Source of the DNA: Octopus bimaculoides
Lineage: Eukaryota
Assembly: GCF_001194135.2 (NCBI RefSeq)
Contig: NC_068996.1
Location: 50,017,505-50,081,504, forward strand
Length of the DNA: 64,000 bases
Direction: 5' to 3'
Below are positions 11,629-21,814 of the stretch, piece after piece. The position numbers and the translations under genes were made by a program. Within the stretch, counting starts at the first letter, position 1, and every line of letters begins with the position of its first letter. Below the pieces are notes generated by a model, which made no database searches, was not told where the DNA came from, and saw only the letters and a program-made list of their open reading frames with translations.

Positions 11629-12200
11629 TTGCTGGAGCCTAGCAGCGGGAAGTTTAGGCAGTGTCATGTGACAACTTGCTGGGGCTGCCTACTGGACCCT
11701 AGCAGCGGGAAATTTAGACAGTGTCATGTGACAACTTGCTAGGGCAGCCTGCTGGAGCCTAGCAGCAGGTATAAAAAGGGGAATTTGACATGACAATCAG
11801 TCAGACGCTGACACTCATTGATGCTGCATCGAAGAGGCCAGGGAACAGAAGAAAGAAGACATGCACCCAACACCAGAGCTGAAGACACCTCCGAAAGGGG
11901 GGGCCCCGCCACGTCAAAACGGTAGAGGAGTAGGGGCTGAAACCAGACGTGGTTCCTCCTGATGATGTCTTCAGCTAACTGGATCCTATAAAGGAGCTGT
12001 TGTGGTAGCAGACCACGAAACATGGTTGAAATTCCTCCATTCCATCCTTTTGCATTTATTGTCGCTTTTACAGTTTCCATGCAATAAGATCCACTTAAAG
12101 CCCTTTTCTACAACCCACACTAGTTGTCTCTCAAAGTCAAGAACTTCAGTAGAAGCAATATTATTGCTCTTAACACGCATAAATCTGCCATGAAAGCTAC
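11629..12200. mobile_element. Penelope-like LTR element with 60-bp tandem units, a TATAAAA and a CTGATGA...GAAAC motif
   Basis: Units start at 11641, 11701 and 11761; second copy at 23874-24183; the - strand remnant TEVLDFERQ...KWILLH is only loosely like a GIY-YIG C-terminus. Confidence 0.6.
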
Positions 12201-12930
12201 TTGGAAAATTTCTTTTCTCATGAATTCTGTCTCTGATCTCTTGAACCTGAAGTTTCCTGTCAGACTAATCAGACTAATCCTTCTTAGTATCTACAGACTG
12301 TGTCTAACACACAACCTATCAGCCTTGGTCAGCCTTAAGATTACATCTTCTTCATGCTGTTCTTGCTGTATCAATCCATGCCTGCTGTTGTGGCCACACA
12401 TACACACTCATACACATATGATATCACTTCCATAGATTGGCCGAGTCGTTAGAACATAAAACAAAATACATAGCAATATTTATTCTGGCACCTTAATGTG
12501 GAAAGCTGGCAGAATTGTTAGCATACCAAGCAAAATGCTTAGTGACATTTTATCTGTCTTTACATTCTGAGTTCAAATTCTGACAAGGTTGACTTTGGCT
12601 TTCATACTTGCGGGGTCAATAAAATAAGTACCAGTTGAGTACTGAGGTCCATGCAATTGATTTACCCCTTCCTCTGAAATTGCTGGCCTTGTGCCAGAAT
12701 TTGAAACCAATATTTATTCTAGCACCTTGTGTTCTAGGTTCAAGTCTGGTTGAGCTCCACTTTAACCTTTCATTCTCCCAGGGTCAATAAAGTACTAGTT
12801 TAGGGTGGCAAACTCACAGAAGTATTTATGATAGACAGGTGGCTTTGTGGTACTTCTTTAAACTGTTTGTATTCTGAGTTCATATCATGTAGCTTTTGTG
12901 AGTGGTAGATTTTATTTTGTAATGGTTCAT

Positions 12931-13245
12931 GACTTATTGGTTAAGGTACTTGGCTCATGGTTGCAAGGTTACGAGTTCAATTCTCAGCAGTATATTGTGT
13001 CCTTGAGCAAGACACTTTATTTCACCTTGCTCCAGTCCATTCAGCTGGCAAAAATGAGTAATCCTGTGATGGCAAAAGGCCAGCTGTGTCACATTCTGTG
13101 TCGTGCTGAATCTTCCTGTGAAAAACGTTAAGAGTACACATGTCTGTGGAGTGCTCAGCCATTTGCACATTAATTTCACAAGCAGGCTGTTCTGTTGATT
13201 GAATCATCTGGATCCCTCAACATCATAACCAACAGAGTGCCAGAC
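12931..13245 (+). mobile_element. SINE family D (V-SINE-like 'gtgtccttgagcaagacact'; others at about 10610-10850, 34975-35215, 42970-43130 -, 51440-51580)
   Basis: tRNA-like head with 'gagttcaattc', shared 'ctgaatctccctgagaactac...gtctgtggagtgctcagc' body. Confidence 0.75.
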
Positions 13246-13259
13246 TTAATCTACCACCC

Positions 13260-14075
13260 TGTTTAACACCACTACCACAGTAAGATTTATTGGTTGTCAA
13301 CTAGAATGTCTGTGTGAGTGTGAATGCAACATAATAAAACACAATATAAGACAGGCCGTCATGTAAACAAAAGAGTGTGTATACAAATATATGTATGTGA
13401 ATGCAAGAGATACAGAGCATAGAAAAGAGTCTGTAACACGGATAAGAAATACCAGTTCTCAGTTAAGGTACACAGTAGATTGAAAGTCTGTATATAAGAG
13501 GTTGAGGCGTTGAGGCAGAGCTAAGTCACTTGTCGTGCAGTTGAGGCTTCTATGCCGGGCCAGGCTACTTGATACAGATAGTTTCTCGCAGGTGTCGAAT
13601 TCTGGCTGTTATTTCGTGGTAAAACAATTCACACAAACAGTAGTGTTGAGAGAAGCTGCGGTTGCTGTTGGTAGCTTGTGTACGTGTTGACGCTGGCGAC
13701 GAAGCTTGTGGTAAACAGTTGAACGATGGCGTTGATGTCGTCGCTGGAAACTGGCTGGTTGGTGTTACGTGGTCAACGACCAGACCTAAAAAGGTCTGAA
13801 GCCGCGAGCAACTGGCGTGGGTTAAAGCAGGCAGGCTATTTATAGGTACAGGGAGGCTCCAGAAACATTAGAAAAACACTCTCTCACGTGACCTTATTAG
13901 ATGGCCACGATTGGTCGGTATGCACCCTGGCGCGAAACAGAACTGGAGACAAATGCCGCGCAAATTAGAGTCAGTCAGGGTGATGGACAGCAGGGTCCAA
14001 GGCGGGAAAGAGATAGATGTTACCTGCTACGTTTGCATATGTAAATAAATAACCGAGAGAGGTGGTTTCACTACA
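13260..14075 (-). mobile_element. Probable solo LTR
   Basis: TG...CA bounded, CpG-rich; on - begins TGTAGTG, with CCAAT (13914-13910), CACGTG (13885-13890), TATAAATA (13844-13837) and AATAAA near the far end (about 13291-13286). No target-site duplication recognised. Confidence 0.6.
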
Positions 14076-14370
14076 ATGTCATTCATTTCCAATATTCTGG
14101 CAGGAACATGTCTGGCCATGGGAAAATATTACCTTATTTGGAAACAGGTGAGGGTTGGCGACAGGAAGGGCATCCAGCCATACAAAATCTGTCTCAGTAA
14201 ACTCTATCTGACCCATGCAAACATGGAATAGTAGACATAAATGGTGATGTCCAAAATTCTAGTGTTTTAAAATGTATTATCATTAAATGTGTTCATTATG
14301 CATTCATTAAATGTGTTAATTATGCATTCATTCACTCAGAATTAACACTGATATATTTTATTTGTTATAG

Positions 14371-14525
14371 GCTTCTGGCAATCTTGATGTTATAAAAGCT
14401 GGAGAGACTGGAAGGAGTGATTTCAGGATGGTCAAAGATAATCTTAGCATTTCAGACATTATTGGTCGTTCTATGGTAATTCATGAAGGAAAAGATATAT
14501 CGTTTACAGACAATCTAAGCGATAG
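14371..14525 (+). CDS. CCS: CCS coding exon (equivalent to human exons 6+7)
   Basis: tttgttatAG acceptor, AG|gtaaat donor; 155 nt; ASGNLDVIKAGETGRSDFRMVKDNLSISDIIGRSMVIHEGKDISFTDNLSD(R) with the conserved IGRS motif. Confidence 0.95.
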
Positions 14526-15224
14526 GTAAATACTTTATTTAGAACTTTAAAATATACATCTCCTGAAGTTTAATCATATTTAATGAATCAGATCTGTTGT
14601 ATTCATGTACTTTGTCAGTGTACATACATCCTTCACATCTAAGGAAAGAGCATCGACCTGATTGCTCAACTTGCTAGAAAAATAGCCAAACCTCCCTCAG
14701 TTTTAAAATACAGGATACAAAGAATTATATGGGATAAAACATGCTGTCTGAAGGCCTCAAAGCCTAAACCAATCATATGATTTAGGGTTTGTTCCCACTG
14801 CAAGGCCCTGAAGGATGAAGTTTTTTGGTTATGATCATGGGCTGACTGAGACTTTCTGAATTAATTGGGTAGAAACTGTAAGAAGCTTGTCATTAAACAG
14901 ATTCCAAAGAAGCAAGTGTTGATCCATGTCAGCAAAACTTTAATGTAGTAAAATCGATAAAAAGAGTACAATGAACTTGCCATGAAGAGTGGAAAAATCC
15001 AAAGTTTCAGATGAATTCCTTCTTCTGGGTGACAATTTGAAAGGAGAGAAATTAATGAGAGACATAGTAGAGTTTTCCATCCTCTACTGTTAATTGCATG
15101 TAGAATATTGGGTTTAAAAGAACCTTGGATACAAAAAAGTTGAAGGGCAGCCTTCAACTTTTTTTCCCATCTGAAAGTTTTTAACCCAATATCCTACATG
15201 TTGACTGACCTTCGTAGGATTTTC

Positions 15225-15528
15225 GAGCGAGATCGTTGCCAGTACCCCTGGATTGGCTCTTGTGCAGGTGGCACGTAAAATACACCATTTTGAGCGTGGC
15301 CATTGCCAGTACCGCCTGACTGGCCTTCGTGGGGTGACACGTAAAAGCACCCACTACACTCTCTGAGAGGTTGGCATTAGGAAGGGCATCCAGCTGTAGA
15401 AACTCTGCCAAATCAGATTGGAGCCTGGTGTTGCCATCCGGTTTCACCAGTCCTCAGTCAAATCGTCCAACCCATGCCAGTATGGAAAGCGGACGTTAAA
15501 CGATGATGATGATGATGATGATGATGAT
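15225..15528 (+). mobile_element. Family C retroposon with (GAT)n tail, related to the RTE 3' end (also about 5600-5920, 17395-17560, 29930-30125, 37590-38020, 56000-56240)
   Basis: Highly similar 'ggttggcattaggaagggcatccagctgtagaaactctgccaaatc...gcatggaaagcggacgttaaacgatgatgat'; variable 5' truncation. Confidence 0.88.
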
Positions 15529-15856
15529 CATAAAAAATAATTTACTTTATATTTCTCAAAGTTTCTAAAATCATATAATATGTGTTATGTGCACAGACAA
15601 ATATTTATAATTTACACAGAATTTTATTGCGGTTCATTAGCTGCAGTACTCTTAGAATAGAGATCAGAAGTATTGGTTATGGTAAACCAAAAAGTAACTA
15701 ATCTGGTTTTAATATATTGTTCTTTAACCGAAGGACATTAGCAAGTCTACAATCAAAAGCATTCTGGCTGTAACCATCCTACCTTTGCAGTCAAGCAGTG
15801 TGTTCAAGATTATATACATCTATAGGTGTCCTTTTTAGATTTCTCCAAACTTGTAC

Positions 15857-16075
15857 TCTCTTTACTCTTTACTCTCTTTTACTTGTTTCGGTCATTTGAC
15901 TGCGGCCATGCTGGAGCTCCGCCTTTAGTTGAGTAGATCGACCCCAGGACTTATTTTTTGTAAGCCTAGTACTTATTCTTTCAGTCTCTTTTGCTGAACC
16001 GCTAGATTACAGGAACATAAACACACCACCATCGGTTGTCAAGTGATGTTGGGGGGGACAAACAAAGACACACAA

Positions 16076-16130
<55 letters not shown>

Positions 16131-16296
16131 TACGATGGGCTTCTTTCAGTTTCCGTCTACTAAATCCACTCACAAGGCTTTGGTCAGTATGAGACTATAG
16201 TAGAAGACACTTGCCCAAGGTGCCACGCAGTGGGACTGAACCCGGAACCATGTGGTTTGTAAGCAAGCTACTTACCACACAGCCACTCCTATGCCT
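15857..16296 (-). mobile_element. SINE family A, full-length copy
   Basis: Reverse complement of 7244-7604 with a long (TA)n linker and a (gagtaaa)n-type tail. Confidence 0.9.
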
Positions 16297-17943
16297 GTGT
16301 AATTTAAGACAAATTTGGTGGCTATTTCTAATAATTCAAAGGATCTAGAGTGAAGGTGAGGAACCTTTTTTACTACCAGGAATAAACTAAAAATGCATGT
16401 AGGGACAGGGTATATGTATGAGAAAAAGGATAAATTTGCAATTTTACAAATTCAACGGTGTATATTGTATATTAGTTTATGAATTTTTAGAGATGAATCA
16501 ATAAGTTGTTTCAAATTTAACCCCTTAGCATATAAACTGTTCATGTCCAGTCTAGTTCAAACAAATCAAATCAAGCATCTCATTCGTACCTTTACAATGA
16601 CATTCTAAAAATAAACAATTACATCTTTGAAATCTCAAAGCTATGAGATAATGCACGATTAATTCAAAATAATGTGAATAAATAAACATTAGATTTGATA
16701 GAAAAATCTGAATGTTAAAGGGTCAAAATGGTCATATCTAGCCAAAATATTCTACTTGTTTTATGGTAAAAACTGGCCAGATCTGACCCCTCACACCTAC
16801 CTTACAATGTCATTCTAAAACTAAACAGTCACACCATTGAAATCTCAAAGCTATGAGACAATGCAGGATTAATTCAGGACACTGTGAATAAATGAACATT
16901 ACATTTGACAGAATGATCTGAATGTTGTGGAGGATTAAGATACAGATGAGAAGTACCATAAAAGTGACAGAGCTTTCTTACAGTCTGCTTAACTTTCATC
17001 TTTTCCACGACTATACTTCTAAGAAGCAAACTACCTGTGTGTGCTTCCATTGAGTTTTGAAGTAATAAAGCTAATTTAGGAGTTCTTATAAACTATCTGT
17101 AACTTTACTTATTTTTATATATTATGTCAATGTTGACCAACTGAAATTCTACATCATTTGTGTTGTAATGAGATTTAATTTAAATATAAACACCTCTGTC
17201 CAGTTAGTATTGAAAGGATTAATATAGATACAGGAGTGGCTGTATCGTAAGTAGCTTGCTTACCAACCACATGGTTCTAGGTTCAGTCCCACTGTGTGAT
17301 ACCTTGGGCAAGTGTCTTCTACTATAGCTTCAGGCTGAACAAAGCCTTCTGAATGGATTTGGTAAAATGAAACTGAAAGAAGCCTGTCATTTGACTGGCC
17401 TTTGTGCCGGTGGCACGTAAAAGCACCCACTACACTCTCGGAGTGGTTGGCGTTAGGAAGGGCATCCAGCTGTAGAAACTCTGCCAAATCAGCACCAGTC
17501 CTCAGTCAAATCGTCCAACCCATGCTAGCATGGAAAGCGGACGTTAAACGATGATGATGATATATATATATATATGTGTGTGTGTCTGTTCGTCCCCCCA
17601 ACATCACTTGGCAACCAATGTTGTTGTGTTTACGTCAGTATAACTTAGCGATTCAGCAAAAGAGACCAATAGAATAAGTACTAGGCTTACAAAGAATATG
17701 TCTTGGGGTCTATTTGCTTGACTAAAGGCGGTGCTCCAGCATGGCCACAGTCAAATGACTGAAACCAGTAATAAAATAGGTGCAGGCATGTGGTAAGTAG
17801 TTTGCTTGCCAACCACATTGTTCTGGTTTCAATCACACAGCATGGTGTCTTTGGCAAGTGTCCTCTATAGCCTTGGGCTAACCAAAGCCTTGGGCTAACC
17901 AAAGCCTTGTGAGTGGATTTGGTTGACAGAAACTAAAAGAAGA

Positions 17944-19262
17944 CTGTGGCCATGCTGGGGCACCACCTAGAAGGGTTTTAGTTGAACAAATCAATCCCAG
18001 TATATCTTTNNNNNNNNNNNNNNNNNNNNNNNNNNNNNNNNNNNNNNNNNNNNNNNNNNNNNNNNNNNNNNNNNNNNNNNNNNNNNNNNNNNNNNNNNNN
18101 NNNNNNNNNNNNNNNNNNNNNNNNNNNNNNNNNNNNNNNNNNNNNNNNNNNNNNNNNNNNNNNNNNNNNNNNNNNNNNNNNNNNNNNNNNNNNNNNNNNN
18201 NNNNNNNNNNNNNNNNNNNNNNNNNNNNNNNNNNNNNNNNNNNNNNNNNNNNNNNNNNNNNNNNNNNNNNNNNNNNNNNNNNNNNNNNNNNNNNNNNNNN
18301 NNNNNNNNNNNNNNNNNNNNNNNNNNNNNNNNNNNNNNNNNNNNNNNNNNNNNNNNNNNNNNNNNNNNNNNNNNNNNNNNNNNNNNNNNNNNNNNNNNNN
18401 NNNNNNNNNNNNNNNNNNNNNNNNNNNNNNNNNNNNNNNNNNNNNNNNNNNNNNNNNNNNNNNNNNNNNNNNNNNNNNNNNNNNNNNNNNNNNNNNNNNN
18501 NNNNNNNNNNNNNNNNNNNNNNNNNNNNNNNNNNNNNNNNNNNNNNNNNNNNNNNNNNNNNNNNNNNNNNNNNNNNNNNNNNNNNNNNNNNNNNNNNNNN
18601 NNNNNNNNNNNNNNNNNNNNNNNNNNNNNNNNNNNNNNNNNNNNNNNNNNNNNNNNNNNNNNNNNNNNNNNNNNNNNNNNNNNNNNNNNNNNNNNNNNNN
18701 NNNNNNNNNNNNNNNNNNNNNNNNNNNNNNNNNNNNNNNNNNNNNNNNNNNNNNNNNNNNNNNNNNNNNNNNNNNNNNNNNNNNNNNNNNNNNNNNNNNN
18801 NNNNNNNNNNNNNNNNNNNNNNNNNNNNNNNNNNNNNNNNNNNNNNNNNNNNNNNNNNNNNNNNNNNNNNNNNNNNNNNNNNNNNNNNNNNNNNNNNNNN
18901 NNNNNNNNNNNNNNNNNNNNNNNNNNNNNNNNNNNNNNNNNNNNNNNNNNNNNNNNNNNNNNNNNNNNNNNNNNNNNNNNGCACCACCTTGAAGGGTTTT
19001 AGTTGAACAAATCAATCCCAGTATATCTTTTATCTTTTACTTGTTTCAGTCATTGGACTGTGGCCATGCTGGAGCACCACCTTGAAGGGTTTTAGTTGAA
19101 CAAATCAATCCCAGTATATCTTTTATCTTTTACTTGTTTCACTCATTGGACTGTGGCCATGCTGGGGCACCACCTTGAAGGGTTTTAGTTGAACAAATCA
19201 ATCCCAGTATATCTTTTATCTTTTACTTGTTTCACTCATTGCACTGTGGCCATGCTGGGGCA
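17944..19262 (-). repeat. 93-bp tandem array made of the SINE-A 3' end, spanning an assembly gap
   Basis: Units start at 18981, 19074, 19167 and 19260; the same unit lies left of the gap at 17944-18009. Confidence 0.85.
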
Positions 19263-19712
19263 CAGCTGTGAAAGGGTTTGGTCAGAGAAATTGACTCCAG
19301 TACTTATATCTTTCTTGTTTGTTTTTTTCTCACATCTGGTACTTTTTCTACCAGTTTCTTCTGTCAAACTGCTATTTTATGGGGATGTAAACAAACCAAC
19401 ACTGGTTGTCAAGCGGTGTGTGGGAGGACAATCACAAAGACACACACATGGGCTCCTTTCAGTTTCCATCTACCAAATTCACTCACAAGGTACTGGTTGG
19501 CAGTAGATGACACCTGCCCAAGGTGCTGTACAGTGGGATTGAACCTGAAACCATTTGGTTGCAAAGTGAGCTTCTCAATTTCACACCACTTCTTCATTAG
19601 TCATAGGAACAAGCACTTGATAGTTATATAACAACTGCTTTGGTGATTATTTTATAAGCTCCACAACTGAAATCTAAATAATTTTCTATGGAATTTAAAT
19701 ATTCTTTTTCAG

Positions 19713-19857
19713 AGTTGGTTGTGGCGTCATTGCTCGATCTGCTGGGCTATTTCAGAATGTCAAAAAGATTTGTGCTTGTGATGGAGTTAATATTTGGAAT
19801 GAGAAAGTGCAACCAGGTAACACTGCTGAAAATGAATTGCCTAATGCTAAAATTTAG
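19713..19857 (+). CDS. CCS: CCS terminal coding exon: end of domain II and domain III with CxC
   Basis: ctttttcAG acceptor; (R)VGCGVIARSAGLFQNVKKICACDGVNIWNEKVQPGNTAENELPNAKI*; ARSAGLFQN and ICACDG are CCS signatures; TAG at 19855-19857. Confidence 0.96.
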
Positions 19858-20043
19858 GAAAATATATTGCAACGGTTTTGGTTTTGGTTTTTTTTGTGAT
19901 TTTGTTGAAATTAATTTTTCTACAGAACTATTCAAAATTCAATGTTAGTTGAATTTTGAAAAAATATATTATAGCTATTCATGAGTTTTTTTTTTTTTCT
20001 TTACTTATGAACCCAGTATTACAGAAATCCATTAATTAGCATT

Positions 20044-20049
20044 AATAAA
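20044..20049 (+). promoter_or_regulatory. Candidate CCS polyadenylation signal AATAAA
   Basis: First AATAAA seen after the CCS stop (about 190 nt downstream), followed by T-rich sequence. The region is AT-rich, so chance occurrence is possible. Confidence 0.35.
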
Positions 20050-21273
20050 ATAATCAAAAAATTGCCATTAAAGACTGAATAATTTAATTTTAAACAAATC
20101 AGTTGATTATGTTTAAAAATGTTGATTTAAGCTAAACACTGGGTTTTCATTATCTTTTTTCCTTTGCCTTGATTTCTTGAAAAATTTTGTAATATTTGAT
20201 GTATTTGAAATAGCTACTTCTTTTATTTTATTATTTTTTTTTCAAATTTTTGTCTTTGCTTTCATTGGAAAAAAATTTGATTTTTTTTAACATTCCAGAA
20301 ATTTCTTCTGACTTTTGAAATAAATATATTTTTTCAAAGATTAAAGCTGTATTGTGATAAATCTAATTTCTATGGAATAAAATTGTTATAGTCATGGACT
20401 TCATACTTGTAGTTTATATTGGAGTAAAAGATTGTGACAGTTTGTTTTCTTAAGAATTTTATGTCATTATGGATATCATCATCATTTAACATGTGTTCTG
20501 AGTGGGTTAACAAGACCCAAAGAGCCAGGGGACTGCATTGAGCTTCAATGTCTGTTTTGGTATGATTTCTGCTGCTGGATGTTCTTCCTAACACCAACCA
20601 TTTCACAGAGTATACTGGGTGCTTTACTTCATAACGCTAACATGCAATATTGAGGGAAGGGGCTTTGTGCCAAGTATTGAGGGGCTATAAAGTATGACAT
20701 AGGGATAGGAACAGGTGTCTTGGTATAGAAGAGATACGTGGCTACCCCAGCAGGAAAGGATGTGGAGGATGAAGTGCCAGAGTGTACCCTTAGGGTACGA
20801 GATAGTGGATAAAGAGAGAGTCAAGTATAGGTAGATGGGTAGGTTCACGGGAGTGTGAAAGAATGACTGAGGGTAGAGGTGAGGATGGAGGAGAATGGTG
20901 AAGATGGGTAGAGGTGTGGTAATAGTGGATCTCAGTTTAGAGGAAGGTAAAGGAAAATAGGAGTGGGTGAAGGAAGAGGAGGTTATACGTGGTAATACAT
21001 AAAATAGGGGGAGGGGCAATAAGATAAGACCATACTCACATAGATGAGAAATAGAGAGATGATGTGAAGTTGTGGGGAAAGAGAAGATGTGCAGTGACAG
21101 AGATTAGAGGGTGAATATAGTTTATAATTTTTTTTTTATGAAACACCAGATAATAGTACTAACCATCAACCTGTACTAATAAATAAGAATAAAATCCAGT
21201 ACAAAGAGTGCAACACGACATGCTACAAAACATAGACCAACTCTGCTCACTAAACTGAACAATACTTTGACAG

Positions 21274-21309
<36 letters not shown>

Positions 21310-21356
21310 CAATAATAAGTCTCTGAGCGAGGTATAAACAGTAGCTGCACGACATT

Positions 21357-21695
21357 GTGAAGTATATTTGCCACCTAATTGTGGCTCACCCTCAAGGGTG
21401 GATGCTACTGTAGCTTGTAGCCCCAGGAAGACACCTCCTCCAGCTGGCTATTGACACACTATCTGTGCCCTATCAATATTTGCAAAGGGAAGCCATCCTT
21501 CCCATCTCCAACCTGACGTGATACACATGGACCCAAGTTTCTGGGTATTGACCCGTCATCAGTGTGTGACAATCACCGGTTGTTGATGTGAAGTGGTTCC
21601 CAATGCAAATATATAGGCCACAGAAAGTGTGTCAATAGCCACAGTAGCATCCATCCTTAAGGGTTAGCCACATTTGAGTGGAAAATATACTTCAC
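21357..21695. mobile_element. Foldback element with long imperfect inverted arms and a central hammerhead-like motif
   Basis: gtgaagtatatttgccacc...gatgctactgt and ggctattgacacac...tatttgca are mirrored at the right end; CTGATGA...GAAAC...GTC on - at 21562-21530. Confidence 0.75.
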
Positions 21696-21814
21696 TATAT
21701 ATATATANNNNNNNNNNATTGCATGACCTAAAAGTCGGAGGGAAATGGGATAAACTACCTGCATCAAAAGCTATAAAAGCAAGTAATTTTACCATGTATT
21801 TATTCTTAGTGCAA

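Noticed and set aside
14995-15032. Fourth hammerhead-like motif on - (CAGAAGA-A-GGA-attca-TCT-GAAAC)
   Set aside because: U4 is A, the base of stem II is a G-U pair, and stems I and III are not convincing. At best a dead Penelope-type remnant.
10000-19857. Calling the + strand gene a Cu/Zn superoxide dismutase
   Set aside because: The N-terminal MxCxxC domain, the C-terminal CxC and the missing catalytic histidines identify CCS.
20620-21110. 131-aa ORF in a purine-rich stretch (similar stretches at about 47820-48090 and 59600-59950)
   Set aside because: Strand-biased low-complexity sequence attached to family C or RTE tails; no splice or homology evidence for coding.
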